This document shows positions 16,522-25,679 of a stretch of DNA of 43,824 nt, piece by piece (the first letter of the stretch is position 1; each line of letters opens with the position of its first letter). The stretch lies in NCBI GenBank assembly GCA_046719655.1, contig JBDNCL010000001.1, positions 1 to 43,824 on the forward strand, in the 5' to 3' direction. The position numbers and the translations under genes are program-made. This stretch comes from Fimbriimonadaceae bacterium. Lineage in GTDB: Bacteria > Armatimonadota > Fimbriimonadia > Fimbriimonadales > Fimbriimonadaceae. The notes under the pieces are model-generated. The model was not told where the DNA came from and did not search any database. It saw only the letters and a list, made by a program, of their open reading frames with translations.

Positions 16522-17082
16522 ATGCTGCGTCTCGCCTGGATCCTCGTCCTGCTTCTGGCGGCGGGTCTCGTCGCGGCGATCGTGGTTTTCAACCGACTCG
16601 TTCGTCTGCGGCAGATGGTGCGGGGGGCCTGGTCCGACGTCGACGTGTATCTCAAGCGGCGCGCCGAGTTGATCCCCAACCTCGTGGCCAGCGTTCAGGC
16701 TTTCGCCGGGCACGAGCAGGCCGTCCTCACCGCGGTCGCCGAAGCTCGGGCCCACGCTTTGTCCGTGCGCGGCGGGATGACGGACCGGGCCAACGCCGAG
16801 TCCGAGGTTGGGCAAGCCGTGGTCCGGGTCATCGGGCTGGCCGAAGCGTATCCGGAACTCGCGTCCAGTGAAAACTTCCGTCGACTTCAGCAGGAGTTGA
16901 GCGACACGGAGAAGGCCATCGCCAACGCGCGGCAGTACTACAACGCGTGCGTCCGCGACTACAACACGAAGATCGAGTCGTTTCCGAGCAACCTGGTCGC
17001 GAGCGCGGCCGGCTTTCGGTCGGCGGACTTCTTCGAGATCGAAGACGCCTCGCAGAGGCTGGCGCCCCGCATCGGTCGATGA
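16522..17082 (+). CDS. LemA family protein
   Basis: Internal ATG at 16522, 2 nt after the ferredoxin stop. N-terminal TM helix, then FNRLVRLRQMVRGAWSDVDVYLKRRAELIPNLV...YPELASSENFRRLQQELSDTEKAIANARQYYNACVRDYNTKIESFPSNLVA, which is the classic LemA pattern. Confidence 0.9.
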   Translation: MLRLAWILVLLLAAGLVAAIVVFNRLVRLRQMVRGAWSDVDVYLKRRAELIPNLVASVQAFAGHEQAVLTAVAEARAHALSVRGGMTDRANAESEVGQAVVRVIGLAEAYPELASSENFRRLQQELSDTEKAIANARQYYNACVRDYNTKIESFPSNLVASAAGFRSADFFEIEDASQRLAPRIGR

Positions 17083-17091
17083 GACGCCGAT

Positions 17092-17125
17092 CGGCCCGGG
17101 CGCCCGCGTCGGGACGCCCGGGCCG
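17092..17125. terminator. GC-rich hairpin between convergent genes (no U-tract)
   Basis: CGGCCCGGGCG (17092-17102) and CGCCCGGGCCG (17115-17125) form an 11-bp perfect stem with a 12-nt loop. Confidence 0.5.
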
Positions 17126-17134
17126 CCGCTCCGA

Positions 17135-17659
17135 TCAGAGTCGGATTCCGACCATCACGGCGAAGCCGTTCAGACGGTCGTTGTTGTTGCCGAAGTACGC
17201 CCCTTCGACGAACAGGGGGGTCCGGCGATGCTGGAAGTCGTACCCGAGCCGCAGGGCATAGGCGAAGCGGGACGTGTTGCGCGTCTCTCTCTCGTCGGCC
17301 CGGATGCTGTAGTCCCGGTTGAACGAGATGCCGACGCCCGCCATGTAGTACCACTCGTTCGTCCGCCCGACGTAGTTGATGAGAACGGGCGTGGCTCCCA
17401 TGTCCCCCTTCTGGAAGAAGTCCGCCGTTGCCGAAAGGTGGGCGGTGTAGGACGGGTTCGTCGCGCTCACGCGGAGATCCTGAATCCGGTACTCGACGCC
17501 GGCGATGAACCACTGGCTGCCCTCGTCTCGCGCGGCGCGGTGGCTCGGCTGCATCAAGCCGGCCTTGACGGACAGGCCGATCGGTTTGGACTCCTGGGCG
17601 ACTACCGGTACGGCCAGCGCCGCGACTCCGAGAGCGATTGCGATGTTTCGAAACTGCAT
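17135..17659 (-). CDS. Small outer-membrane beta-barrel protein (OmpW/OmpA-like barrel)
   Basis: Signal peptide MQFRNIAIALGVAALAVPVVAQE, alternating beta-strand pattern, and a C-terminal aromatic-rich end (NGFAVMVGIRL). Confidence 0.7.
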   Translation of the reverse strand: MQFRNIAIALGVAALAVPVVAQESKPIGLSVKAGLMQPSHRAARDEGSQWFIAGVEYRIQDLRVSATNPSYTAHLSATADFFQKGDMGATPVLINYVGRTNEWYYMAGVGISFNRDYSIRADERETRNTSRFAYALRLGYDFQHRRTPLFVEGAYFGNNNDRLNGFAVMVGIRL

Positions 17660-17777
17660 GCTTGTCTCCTTCGAGGGACCGCAAACTCGGGCTTCCGTGC
17701 CGCTCGTCGGCGGGTCCGCTATCCTACGGGACGTCGCAAACGCGGGTTTCGCGTCAAAACGCCCGCCGATCGGACCC

Positions 17778-18902
17778 CTAGCGCCCGGCGGCCACGCGGA
17801 TGATTTCGAGCGCCAGGCGGGCCGTGTCGACCAAGTCCTTACGGGAGACGTTCTCGTTGTGGGTGTGGATCTCCTTCATGCCGGTGGCCAAGACGATCGA
17901 CGGGACGCCCTTCGCGTTGAAAATGTTCGCGTCCGATCCGCCGAGCGTGGTCCGCAGTTCGGGCTCCATCCCGAGCCTCCGACTCGCCTCGACGCCGACC
18001 CGGACGACCCGGTGATCGGGATCGATGCTGTAGTTGCGGTAGTGCCGGTCGTGTTCGACCTCGACCGTCGCCCCGAACCGCTCGGCCGCCGCTTCGAAGC
18101 ACTGGATCATGTGGTCGATCTGGGCGTCGAGTTCGTCGACGCTCGTGCTGCGGGCCTCGCATCGGACGACACACTCGGCGGGCACGACGTTGGTGGCCGT
18201 CCCGCCCTGAATGGTGCCGACGTTGGCCACCGTCTCCGGCCCGATCCGCCCGATCTTCATCTGCGCGATCGCGGCGGCGGCGACTTCGATCGCGTTCACG
18301 CCTTTCTCCGGCTCTTTGCCGGCGTGGGCGGGTCGGCCGACCACCTTGAAGTCGAGTCTGTCGTGGGTCGCCGTCCGGGTGACGTACGTTCCGACCGGCG
18401 GGCCCGTATCGAGAACGTAGCCGAAGTCGAGCCCGAGGGTCTCCACGTCCATGGCCGCCGCTCCGAGCAACCCGATCTCTTCGGCGCAGGTGAGGAGGAG
18501 ATAGACGTCTCCGTGGGCTTCGCCCGACTCCTTGATCGCGTGCACGGCCTCGATCGCCGGTGCCATTCCCGCCTTGTCGTCCGCCCCCAGGATCGTGTCC
18601 GAGGCGCTGTAGAACACCCCGTCGCGCTCTTCGATCTTCAAGCCGGCCGTGGGTTCCACCGTATCGAAGTGGGCGGAGAAGAAGATGGCGGGGGCTTCGG
18701 GCTCGTTGCCAGGAAGTCGGGCGACGAGGTTGTTGGCGTTCCCCCCGATCCGACAGGCGGCGTCGTCTTCCCAGACTTCCAGCCCGACCGTGTCGGTCAG
18801 ATACTTGCGCGTGTAAGCCACGCTGTCCCGTTCCTGCCGGGGCGGAGCGTTGATCCGGCACAAGTCGAGGAAGAGCCGGACGAGACGTTCTTCGTTGATC
18901 AT
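17778..18902 (-). CDS. M20/M25/M40 family metallopeptidase (peptidase T-like)
   Basis: FFSAHFDTVEP, ILGADDKAGMAPAIEA, LLLTCAEEIGLLGA, GGTATNVVP, GGSDANIF. Confidence 0.88.
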   Translation of the reverse strand: MINEERLVRLFLDLCRINAPPRQERDSVAYTRKYLTDTVGLEVWEDDAACRIGGNANNLVARLPGNEPEAPAIFFSAHFDTVEPTAGLKIEERDGVFYSASDTILGADDKAGMAPAIEAVHAIKESGEAHGDVYLLLTCAEEIGLLGAAAMDVETLGLDFGYVLDTGPPVGTYVTRTATHDRLDFKVVGRPAHAGKEPEKGVNAIEVAAAAIAQMKIGRIGPETVANVGTIQGGTATNVVPAECVVRCEARSTSVDELDAQIDHMIQCFEAAAERFGATVEVEHDRHYRNYSIDPDHRVVRVGVEASRRLGMEPELRTTLGGSDANIFNAKGVPSIVLATGMKEIHTHNENVSRKDLVDTARLALEIIRVAAGR

Positions 18903-18930
18903 CGCCGAGGTTTTACCCGGGAGACCGAAC

Positions 18931-19767
18931 TCATCCTTTGGCGAACCAAAAGCCGGTGTAGACCGACTCGGCCGGCCCGGTCATCCGAACGTTTCCCGAC
19001 TCCAGGTATTCGATCTCCAAATCCCCGCCGGGAAGCGACACGGTCGCTTGCCGGGGTCCCCTTTCGGTCCGAAAGGCGGCGACGGCGGCGGCGCAGGCGC
19101 CTGTCCCGCAGGCCAGCGTCGCCCCGGCTCCCCGCTCCCACGTCCGCTGGCGCAGACGCCCGCGACCGAGAACTTCGACGAAGTGCACGTTCACGCGGTT
19201 TGGGAAGAGCGGGTGACGCTCGAGTTCGGGACCCCAAACCTCGAGCGGAACGGCTCCGGCGTCGGGAACAAAGACGACGAGATGAGGGTTCCCCATCGAA
19301 ACGGCCGTCCCGGCGATGGCCGGTTCGAAGCCCGGCACCGGCTGTTCGACGAACGTTTCCTCGGGAGGGCCCTCCATTCCGATCTCGCCCCGGGTGAGGC
19401 GGGCCGGGCCCATGTCGACCCGCACCCGTCCGTCGGGAAGAAGCTCCAGCACGAGCGTGCCGGCCCCGGTCTCCACCGGGATGGGTCCCGGCTTGGCGTG
19501 CCCGTGGTCGGCCAGAAAGCGGGCCAGGCACCGGATGCCGTTGCCGCACATTTCGCTCTCCGAACCGTCGGGGTTCAGCATGCGCATCGCAAACGGAGCC
19601 GACCTTCCGGGCAGAGCGAAGATCAGGCCGTCGGCCCCGACTCCGAACCGACGGTCGCACATCCGGCGCGCCAATTCGGGAAGCCGGTCGGGCAGACGCC
19701 CCGTCCGAATCGCATCGACGACCACGAAGTCGTTGCCGATGCCGTGCATCTTCGTGAAGGCAATCAC
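18931..19767 (-). CDS. dapF: Diaminopimelate epimerase
   Basis: [45 protein letters not shown]. The start overlaps the hfq stop by 4 nt. Confidence 0.95.
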   Translation of the reverse strand: MIAFTKMHGIGNDFVVVDAIRTGRLPDRLPELARRMCDRRFGVGADGLIFALPGRSAPFAMRMLNPDGSESEMCGNGIRCLARFLADHGHAKPGPIPVETGAGTLVLELLPDGRVRVDMGPARLTRGEIGMEGPPEETFVEQPVPGFEPAIAGTAVSMGNPHLVVFVPDAGAVPLEVWGPELERHPLFPNRVNVHFVEVLGRGRLRQRTWERGAGATLACGTGACAAAVAAFRTERGPRQATVSLPGGDLEIEYLESGNVRMTGPAESVYTGFWFAKG

Positions 19768-20030
19768 TCGACCTGCTCGTGATCGGCCGGGCCCGGTTCG
19801 GCGTGGCTGCGGTAGGTGCTGATCTGCCGGGCCGGTACGATGCTGGCGACCGCGTGCTTGTAGACCAGCTGCGTGGGCTTGCCGGGCGAATCCAAAAGCA
19901 CCGTAAAGGCATCAAAACCGCGGACCTGACCGCGCAGTTGGACGCTGTTCGTGAGGTAGACGGTGACCCCGATGCCTTCCTTGCGCACCTGGTTCAAGAA
20001 CATGTCCTGAAGGTTGATCGACTTACCCAT
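19764..20030 (-). CDS. hfq: RNA chaperone Hfq
   Basis: [60 protein letters not shown] (Sm1/Sm2 motifs). Confidence 0.95.
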   Translation of the reverse strand: MGKSINLQDMFLNQVRKEGIGVTVYLTNSVQLRGQVRGFDAFTVLLDSPGKPTQLVYKHAVASIVPARQISTYRSHAEPGPADHEQVE

Positions 20031-20943
20031 GGTTCTTCCGTAGTGAGTTGTTCATCCAATCGAGCGTCTGCTCAAGGGCAGGCGACTCGTCTCCAAAATG
20101 AGAGAGGACGGTCAGCCGGGGCTCCGAGCGCAACCACGTCATCTGCCGCTTGGCGTACTGTCGGGTCTCCGTTGCGATTTGAAGCCTGATTTCCCGCGAA
20201 GAAGATACCCCGACAACCTCATCGAACAGGGCCCGATAGCCGATCGCGCGCATGGCCGGACAGTCGCGGGTCACCCCCCTCGCCGCCAGATCGCGCACTT
20301 CTTCCCGCCAACCCGACGCGAGCATGGCATCCACGCGCCTGGAGATCCGCTCCGCGAGGGCGGCGACGTCCGGAACGATGCCGACCTTCAGGACGCGGAA
20401 CGGGGGAAGATCGAACCGGATCGGCGGTCTCGGATCGAGTCGTCTCTCGAGGGCCCGCCGGACTCGAACCGGGTTGGACAAGTCCACTCTGGTGCCGGGG
20501 TCCAAAGCCAGAAGGCGGGCGACCAGAGCGGGGAGTCCTTCGCGCCTTTCGAATTCGGCCACCTCGCGGCGCACCCTCGGGTCCGGCGCCGGACGCATGT
20601 CCCGGTACGATTCGAGCAGGGCGCGGACGTAAAGTCCGGTTCCGCCCACGACGACCGCCGACCGCCCCTGCTCCCAGATCGATCCCAGCTCCGCGGACGC
20701 CCGCACCACCCATTCGCCGACGCCGAACGACTCGCTCGGTTCGACGATGTCGAGGAGTCGGTATCGCTCCCTTGCCGCAGGCTTGCCGGTTCCGATGTCG
20801 AGTCCGCGGTAGACCTGAAAGGCGTCGGCATTGACGAGTACGGCTCCGATCCGGCCCGCCAAGGCTTCGGCCAAGGCCGTCTTGCCAGAAGCGGTCGGAC
20901 CCATCACGGCCACGAGGAACCGAGTCTCGTCGCGAACGGTCAT
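20023..20943 (-). CDS. miaA: tRNA dimethylallyltransferase
   Basis: [19 protein letters not shown]...[19 protein letters not shown]...VVGGTGLY...[10 protein letters not shown]. Confidence 0.95.
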   Translation of the reverse strand: MTVRDETRFLVAVMGPTASGKTALAEALAGRIGAVLVNADAFQVYRGLDIGTGKPAARERYRLLDIVEPSESFGVGEWVVRASAELGSIWEQGRSAVVVGGTGLYVRALLESYRDMRPAPDPRVRREVAEFERREGLPALVARLLALDPGTRVDLSNPVRVRRALERRLDPRPPIRFDLPPFRVLKVGIVPDVAALAERISRRVDAMLASGWREEVRDLAARGVTRDCPAMRAIGYRALFDEVVGVSSSREIRLQIATETRQYAKRQMTWLRSEPRLTVLSHFGDESPALEQTLDWMNNSLRKNHG

Positions 20944-20975
20944 GGGGCCGGTTCGGGCGGCGCTTCGGCCCTCGC

Positions 20976-21410
20976 CTACGGAACGATCTTCACGCCGAAG
21001 GGCTTGCCTTCGACGGCCGAGGCGTCGACTTCGTCCTTCACCGTGAAGTCCCGCATCTTCTTCTCCTGGCGGTAGGTGCCGGTCACGACGACCCTCTTGC
21101 CGTTGGCGAGGCCCTCGGGAGCTGTACCTTGGGAATAGATGTTGAGAAAGACCCGGTTCTCCGTCGCGGTTTCCGGCTTGGTCTGGAGGCGGAACGTGAA
21201 GTACGCGTTGCCGATCCGGGACGTTCGCTGACGGAATCCCACGACATGCCCGGCGACCTCGACGACTTTGTTGTCGTGCTCGGCCCGCTTGGCCAAGACC
21301 TGCTCGACCGTTGTCTTGATCGGCGTCGACTCCTCCACCTTCGGGTCGGCGTACGCAAAGACGGACAGCAGGAGCGAGAGGATGACGGTGGTTCGGAAAA
21401 GGTTCTTCAT
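20976..21410 (-). CDS. Secreted hypothetical protein, possibly a periplasmic OB-fold (BOF/YgiW-like)
   Basis: Signal peptide MKNLFRTTVILSLLLSVFAYA. The mature part is about 120 aa with VVEVAGHVVGFR...YFTFRL...RVVVTGTY. The OB-fold assignment is a guess from size and pattern. Confidence 0.55.
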   Translation of the reverse strand: MKNLFRTTVILSLLLSVFAYADPKVEESTPIKTTVEQVLAKRAEHDNKVVEVAGHVVGFRQRTSRIGNAYFTFRLQTKPETATENRVFLNIYSQGTAPEGLANGKRVVVTGTYRQEKKMRDFTVKDEVDASAVEGKPFGVKIVP

Positions 21411-21441
21411 CGGTTCTCCGTTCGGCCGGATCGACGACCGC

Positions 21442-21960
21442 TCAGTACGCGATCAGGGTGTGGATCGGATAGCCCCTCAGGTTGGACCGGCCCTGGAGAA
21501 AGGTCAGTTCGATCATGAAGCCGAATCCGACGACCGTCCCGTTCAGACGCTCGATGAGGCGCCCGGCCGCGGCGGCGGTACCCCCCGTGGCGAGAAGATC
21601 GTCGACCACATAGGCTCGCTGGCCCGGCTGGATCGCATCGACGTGCATCTCGATCGAGTTTGTTCCGTACTCGAGGGCGTACTCTTCCGTGAGGCGGTGG
21701 TAAGGCAACTTGCCCAGCTTGCGGGCGGGGACAAACGGCAGACCCAGGTTCAGGGCCACCGGAACGCCAAAGACGAAACCGCGGCTCTCGATCCCCACGA
21801 CGACGTCCGCCCCCTTGTCGCGGGCGTCGTCCCGCAGAGACTCGATCACCTCGCCGAAGGCCGCCGGATGCTGCAGGACCGGGGTGATGTCCTTAAAGAC
21901 GATTCCAGGCTTCGGGAAGTCGGGGACGTCGCGGATCATGGATTCGGCGAGGTACGGCAT
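21442..21960 (-). CDS. apt: Adenine phosphoribosyltransferase
   Basis: Internal start MPYLAES at 21960. IRDVPDFPKPGIVFKDITPVL...VVGIESRGFVFG...YVVDDLLATGGTA (PRPP motif). Confidence 0.93.
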   Translation of the reverse strand: MPYLAESMIRDVPDFPKPGIVFKDITPVLQHPAAFGEVIESLRDDARDKGADVVVGIESRGFVFGVPVALNLGLPFVPARKLGKLPYHRLTEEYALEYGTNSIEMHVDAIQPGQRAYVVDDLLATGGTAAAAGRLIERLNGTVVGFGFMIELTFLQGRSNLRGYPIHTLIAY

Positions 21961-22064
21961 GGACGCTCCGAATATACCTGTCTCCCCGGCAGGGACCAGA
22001 ATCGGGCACAAGGCGTCTTCCGGTGAACTTCCGAACGTTTCCGGCGTCCAATCCGACTGGAACG

Positions 22065-22679
22065 ATGGAGTTATGTCTGTCCATGCGATGGAAGGCGAGC
22101 GCAAATCTCGAACAGTCGTCGGAACTTGCGCTCGTTGAACGTTGCCGCAAGAACGACGTGGAGGCATTCGGTAGGATCGTCGATCTCTATCAGTCCCGCG
22201 TCTTCGGATTCGTGCGCCGGATGTGCCCCGATCCCGAAGAAGCGGCCGACATCGCTCAGGAAACGTTCATCCGGGCGTTTCAGGGACTCCACCGGTTCGA
22301 CGGGCGGGCGTCTTTCCGAACCTGGCTGTTCCGAATCGCCTACAACCTGTGCGTCGACCGGGCGCGTCGGGCTCAGAGGCGTCCGGACGAGATGCGCCTG
22401 GACCATCCTCACGACGCCGACGAGCCGATCGAACTGCCGGACACCCGATGGGATCCGGCAACCCAGGTTCTCGACGACGAGCTTCAGGAAGTGGTTCGAT
22501 CGGCGGTCGACCGGATGAGCGACAAGCTCCGAGCCGTGCTTTTGCTGCACGACAGCGAGAACATGGCCTACGACGAGATCGCAGCCGCGCTGAACATTCC
22601 GATAGGGACTGTGAAAAGTCGGCTGTTCTTGGCTCGGGCTCACCTCCAGCAGGCGGTGACCGGGTATTGGAATGAGTAA
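22065..22679 (+). CDS. ECF-type RNA polymerase sigma-70 family factor
   Basis: Region 2: FGRIVDLYQSRVFGFVRRMCPDPEEAADIAQETFIRAFQGLHRFDGRASFRTWLFRIAYNLCVD. Region 4: LLLHDSENMAYDEIAAALNIPIGTVKSRLFLAR. The start is uncertain (22023 GTG, 22065 ATG or 22083 ATG). Confidence 0.9.
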   Translation: MELCLSMRWKASANLEQSSELALVERCRKNDVEAFGRIVDLYQSRVFGFVRRMCPDPEEAADIAQETFIRAFQGLHRFDGRASFRTWLFRIAYNLCVDRARRAQRRPDEMRLDHPHDADEPIELPDTRWDPATQVLDDELQEVVRSAVDRMSDKLRAVLLLHDSENMAYDEIAAALNIPIGTVKSRLFLARAHLQQAVTGYWNE

Positions 22680-23157
22680 AAGCGAAATGAATCGCGATCT
22701 ACTGAAGAAGCTCCAGAACGAAGTGCCGCTGAATCCCGAGGAGGAGCGCCTCCTCGAAGCCGGGTTGGCGTCCGAAGCGCAGCAGAAAGTCGCGCAGATG
22801 GTCGGGCGGTTGCCGGACGAGGGCGTCAGTCTGGCCTGGCGTTCGAGTCTGAACGAGAAGCTGCTCGCGCAGCAGTCGAAGCGGCAGCGCCGGGAACGGG
22901 TCTTCTGGGTCCTGCGTCCCGCGTCGGCGCTGGCCATCGCGGCGACGGTTTGGGGCGTGTATCTGGCGGGGAACCCGCGACCGGTTGCGACCGTCGAACG
23001 TCCCAACATCGAGATTTCCATGATCGAAGCTCACAAGCAGACGGAGACGGTGTCCTTCGTGTCCGCAACGGGCATGGGTGCCTTCGACGTGCCTCGGAAC
23101 GGCGTGTCGAATTCCATGACGATCGAGTGGGAGGAGGTCGATCTAGGGGCGCTCTGA
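22672..23157 (+). CDS. Putative anti-sigma factor (single-pass membrane protein, no zinc-binding motif)
   Basis: Overlaps the sigma gene by 8 nt. Has one TM helix (VFWVLRPASALAIAATVWGVYLAG). The position is classic for a cognate anti-sigma factor. No HxxxCxxC motif. Confidence 0.6.
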   Translation: MSKSEMNRDLLKKLQNEVPLNPEEERLLEAGLASEAQQKVAQMVGRLPDEGVSLAWRSSLNEKLLAQQSKRQRRERVFWVLRPASALAIAATVWGVYLAGNPRPVATVERPNIEISMIEAHKQTETVSFVSATGMGAFDVPRNGVSNSMTIEWEEVDLGAL

Positions 23158-24197
23158 TGTTCGACTTCCGCCGACTGTCGAGATGCCTGGCCTTGGGTGG
23201 TGCCGTCTCCGCGCTCCTGCTCGGTACGCACGGGTCGGCGTTCGCCCAGAGAGGCGGATCGCCGCGGACGATGGCCCCCTTGGTCTCCCCCGAAGAGCGG
23301 GACCGTATCCTGTCCGGTTTGCCGCCGCTCGTGCGGCGCATGATCAACGAAGCGTCGAGAACCCGGATGTCGGGAGAGCGGGTCGTCGAGTTCCGAGCCC
23401 GGGGGGAACGCCGCCGCCACCGCGAGTTCATCTGGAAGGACGGCGTGCGTCAGCGCATCGAGTTTTCGGACGACTCGCCGTTCGCCGGCCAGGTGATCGT
23501 CGAAACGGCGAACGAGCGCCAACACTTCTTCCCAGACCGCAACACCATCGTCGTCGGCACGCCCCGACGCGAGGAGATCCTCGGCCGGATGATGGGCATC
23601 TTCCGGCGGGTCGGGACGGACGGGTTCCGGGTCGAGAGGGAAGGAGACGGGATCGTCGCCGGGATTCGGTGCGAGCAGTTCGCGATCCGCGACCGAGACG
23701 GGAACGTCCTGCAGCGTCTCTGGATCGAGCCGCGTTCGGCCGCCCTGCTCAAGCGCGAACTTTTCGACGCCACCGGTTCGAGAGTCGGGCTGACGGAGTG
23801 GGTCCGCGTGGATTTCTCCCCCCGATTTCGGGACGACGACTTCGTGATCCGCCGGGCCGGGGCTCGAATCGAGACTCCGCAAAGCCGGGCCCGAGAGGAG
23901 ATGCGCCGTCGGGGCTTCCTGGAAGTGTTCCTGCCGGCCGATCTTGGGTTCAAGTTCATCGGCGGCCGGGTTCTTTCGGGGCCGAATATGCCCGACATCT
24001 ACATGCAGGTGTACATGAGCGACAGCAGCCAGCTGTCGTTCTTTCAGGTGCGGGGGGACCTCGACGTGAGGCGAATGCGCGAGCAGGCAGGCCCGAACAT
24101 GAGGGTGCACTCGTGGACGCGAGCCGACCGGACCTGGGCTCTTCTGGGAAACATCCCCCAAGCCGAGATGGAGCGCATCAGCCGCCGGGTCCCCTAG
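23157..24197 (+). CDS. Secreted RseB/MucB-like or LolA-fold protein, third gene of the ECF module
   Basis: The ATG at 23157 shares its A with the anti-sigma TGA (TGATG). Signal peptide MFDFRRLSRCLALGGAVSALLLGTHGSAFAQ. The family call comes from context and size and is not verified. Confidence 0.5.
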   Translation: MFDFRRLSRCLALGGAVSALLLGTHGSAFAQRGGSPRTMAPLVSPEERDRILSGLPPLVRRMINEASRTRMSGERVVEFRARGERRRHREFIWKDGVRQRIEFSDDSPFAGQVIVETANERQHFFPDRNTIVVGTPRREEILGRMMGIFRRVGTDGFRVEREGDGIVAGIRCEQFAIRDRDGNVLQRLWIEPRSAALLKRELFDATGSRVGLTEWVRVDFSPRFRDDDFVIRRAGARIETPQSRAREEMRRRGFLEVFLPADLGFKFIGGRVLSGPNMPDIYMQVYMSDSSQLSFFQVRGDLDVRRMREQAGPNMRVHSWTRADRTWALLGNIPQAEMERISRRVP

Positions 24198-24258
24198 CGT
24201 CGGCGACGGTTGATCCGAAGGCCCATGCTCTCGGACCGGAGCCGCGCGGACGTGGAGG

Positions 24259-24264
24259 TATAAT
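24259..24264 (+). promoter_or_regulatory. Perfect -10 hexamer TATAAT, 9 nt upstream of the L31 start codon
   Basis: ggaggTATAATgcgcgaacaATG. No Shine-Dalgarno at usable spacing. This implies a leaderless or near-leaderless transcript. Confidence 0.5.
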
Positions 24265-24273
24265 GCGCGAACA

Positions 24274-24537
24274 ATGAAGGCAGAAGGTCATCCCCGCCTG
24301 TACCCGGTTTTGTTCGTCGACGGCGAGCACGAGTGGACCGGGGTCTCCACGAGCAAGACGTCGACCACGCGCGTGATCGACGGCATCGAACACTACGTCG
24401 TCAACGTCGAAATCTCCGCCTTCAGCCACCCGTTCTACACCGGCCAGAAGAAGTTGGTCGACACGGCGGGCCGCGTCGAAAAGTTCATGCGGCGCTACGG
24501 TCAGCAGTTGGCCAACCAGGGACGCTCGGGCAAATAA
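24274..24537 (+). CDS. rpmE: 50S ribosomal protein L31, type B (no zinc-binding cysteines)
   Basis: [16 protein letters not shown]...[25 protein letters not shown]. There is no Cys in the protein. Confidence 0.93.
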   Translation: MKAEGHPRLYPVLFVDGEHEWTGVSTSKTSTTRVIDGIEHYVVNVEISAFSHPFYTGQKKLVDTAGRVEKFMRRYGQQLANQGRSGK

Positions 24538-24559
24538 GCCGGCTCCGAAGGGCGACCGG

Positions 24560-24594
24560 ACCCCTCGCTCGGCGTCGAGCGGGGGGTCTTTTTT
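24560..24594 (+). terminator. Rho-independent terminator after rpmE
   Basis: ACCCCTCGCTC ggcgtc GAGCGGGGGGT (one G-U pair) followed by TCTTTTTT (T-tract 24589-24594). Confidence 0.75.
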
Positions 24595-24611
24595 GTCGAC
24601 CGAGTCCGAAC

Positions 24612-25679
24612 TCAGCCCGTCATCTCGCGGGAAACTCTGGCGAACGCCTCGGCCGCCTTCGCCACCATCCCGTCGTCGATGTCGGCGTGCAGGACGAGCC
24701 GGAGCCGGTCGGGCCCGGGGGGCAACGCCAGGACCCCCTCCCGTCGGAGAGCGCTCTGCCACTCCGCGGCCGACCCACGAACGTAGACCAACACCATGTT
24801 GGTCTGCACCCGCTCCCAGTCGATGCAGACGCCGGGGACGTTTTCGATGGCCGCCGCCAGTTCCCGGGCCCGGCGATGATCGTCGGCCAGCCGGTCCACC
24901 ATCGTTCGCAGGCTGACCAGGCCGCAGGCGGCCAGGACGCCCGCTTGCCGCATGCCGCCCCCCAGCCGCTTTCGCCACTGACGGGCCTTGTCGACGAGGG
25001 CGGCGTCTCCGCAGAGGACGGAACCGACGGGCGAGCCGAGACCCTTGCTGAGACAGATCGAGATGGAGTCGAACGGCTCGGCGACCTTCTGGATCGATAC
25101 CCCCAGAGCCACGGCCGCGTTGAACGCCCGAGCCCCGTCCAGGTGCATGCGCAGACCGTGCCGGTCGGCGATGGCTCGGTACGCCTGCAGAAAATCGAGA
25201 GGCACGATGGTGCCGCCGGCCCGGTTGTGGGTGTTTTCCACGCACAGAAGAACCGTACCGGGCGAGTGGATCGATCTCTTCACGATCCTCCTTTCGACGT
25301 CGTCGGGATCCATGGCCCCCAACTTCGACGGCAAGGTCCAGGTGACGACCTGCGCGATCACCCCCGGCCCGCCCGACTCATAGTAGAGAATGTGGGCCTC
25401 CTCTTCCGCCAAGATCGCGTCGCCCCGCTCCGTGTGGGCGGCGATCGCCACCTGGTTGCACATCGTGCCGCTGGGCATGTACACCGCGCCCGCCTTGCCC
25501 GTCATCTCCGACGCCAGGGCCTCCAGTTCTTCGACGGTCGGGTCGTCGCCGAGGACGTCGTCGCCGAGAGGCGCGTTCGCCATCGCCTCCACCATCGCCG
25601 GCGTCGGCCGGGTGACCGTGTCGCTGCGGAGGTCGACCAGATCGCGCCGATCAATGGGAACGTTTTGTACGGTAGCCAT
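24612..25679 (-). CDS. ltaE: Low-specificity L-threonine aldolase
   Basis: Internal start MATVQNVPID. DLRSDTVTRPTPAM, LGDDVLGDDPTV, PSGTMCNQVA, CLSKGLGSPVGS (PLP lysine region). Confidence 0.9.
   Translation of the reverse strand: MATVQNVPIDRRDLVDLRSDTVTRPTPAMVEAMANAPLGDDVLGDDPTVEELEALASEMTGKAGAVYMPSGTMCNQVAIAAHTERGDAILAEEEAHILYYESGGPGVIAQVVTWTLPSKLGAMDPDDVERRIVKRSIHSPGTVLLCVENTHNRAGGTIVPLDFLQAYRAIADRHGLRMHLDGARAFNAAVALGVSIQKVAEPFDSISICLSKGLGSPVGSVLCGDAALVDKARQWRKRLGGGMRQAGVLAACGLVSLRTMVDRLADDHRRARELAAAIENVPGVCIDWERVQTNMVLVYVRGSAAEWQSALRREGVLALPPGPDRLRLVLHADIDDGMVAKAAEAFARVSREMTG

Noticed and set aside
19764-20943. miaA-hfq linkage, with dapF and the peptidase downstream
   Set aside because: miaA-hfq synteny is widely conserved in bacteria. 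This is an ordinary housekeeping arrangement.
25651-25679. A 29-nt overlap between the esterase 3-prime end and the ltaE start
   Set aside because: It probably just reflects compact operon organisation. The ltaE start is fixed by the conserved DLRSDTVT motif a few residues downstream. Nothing suggests frameshifting.
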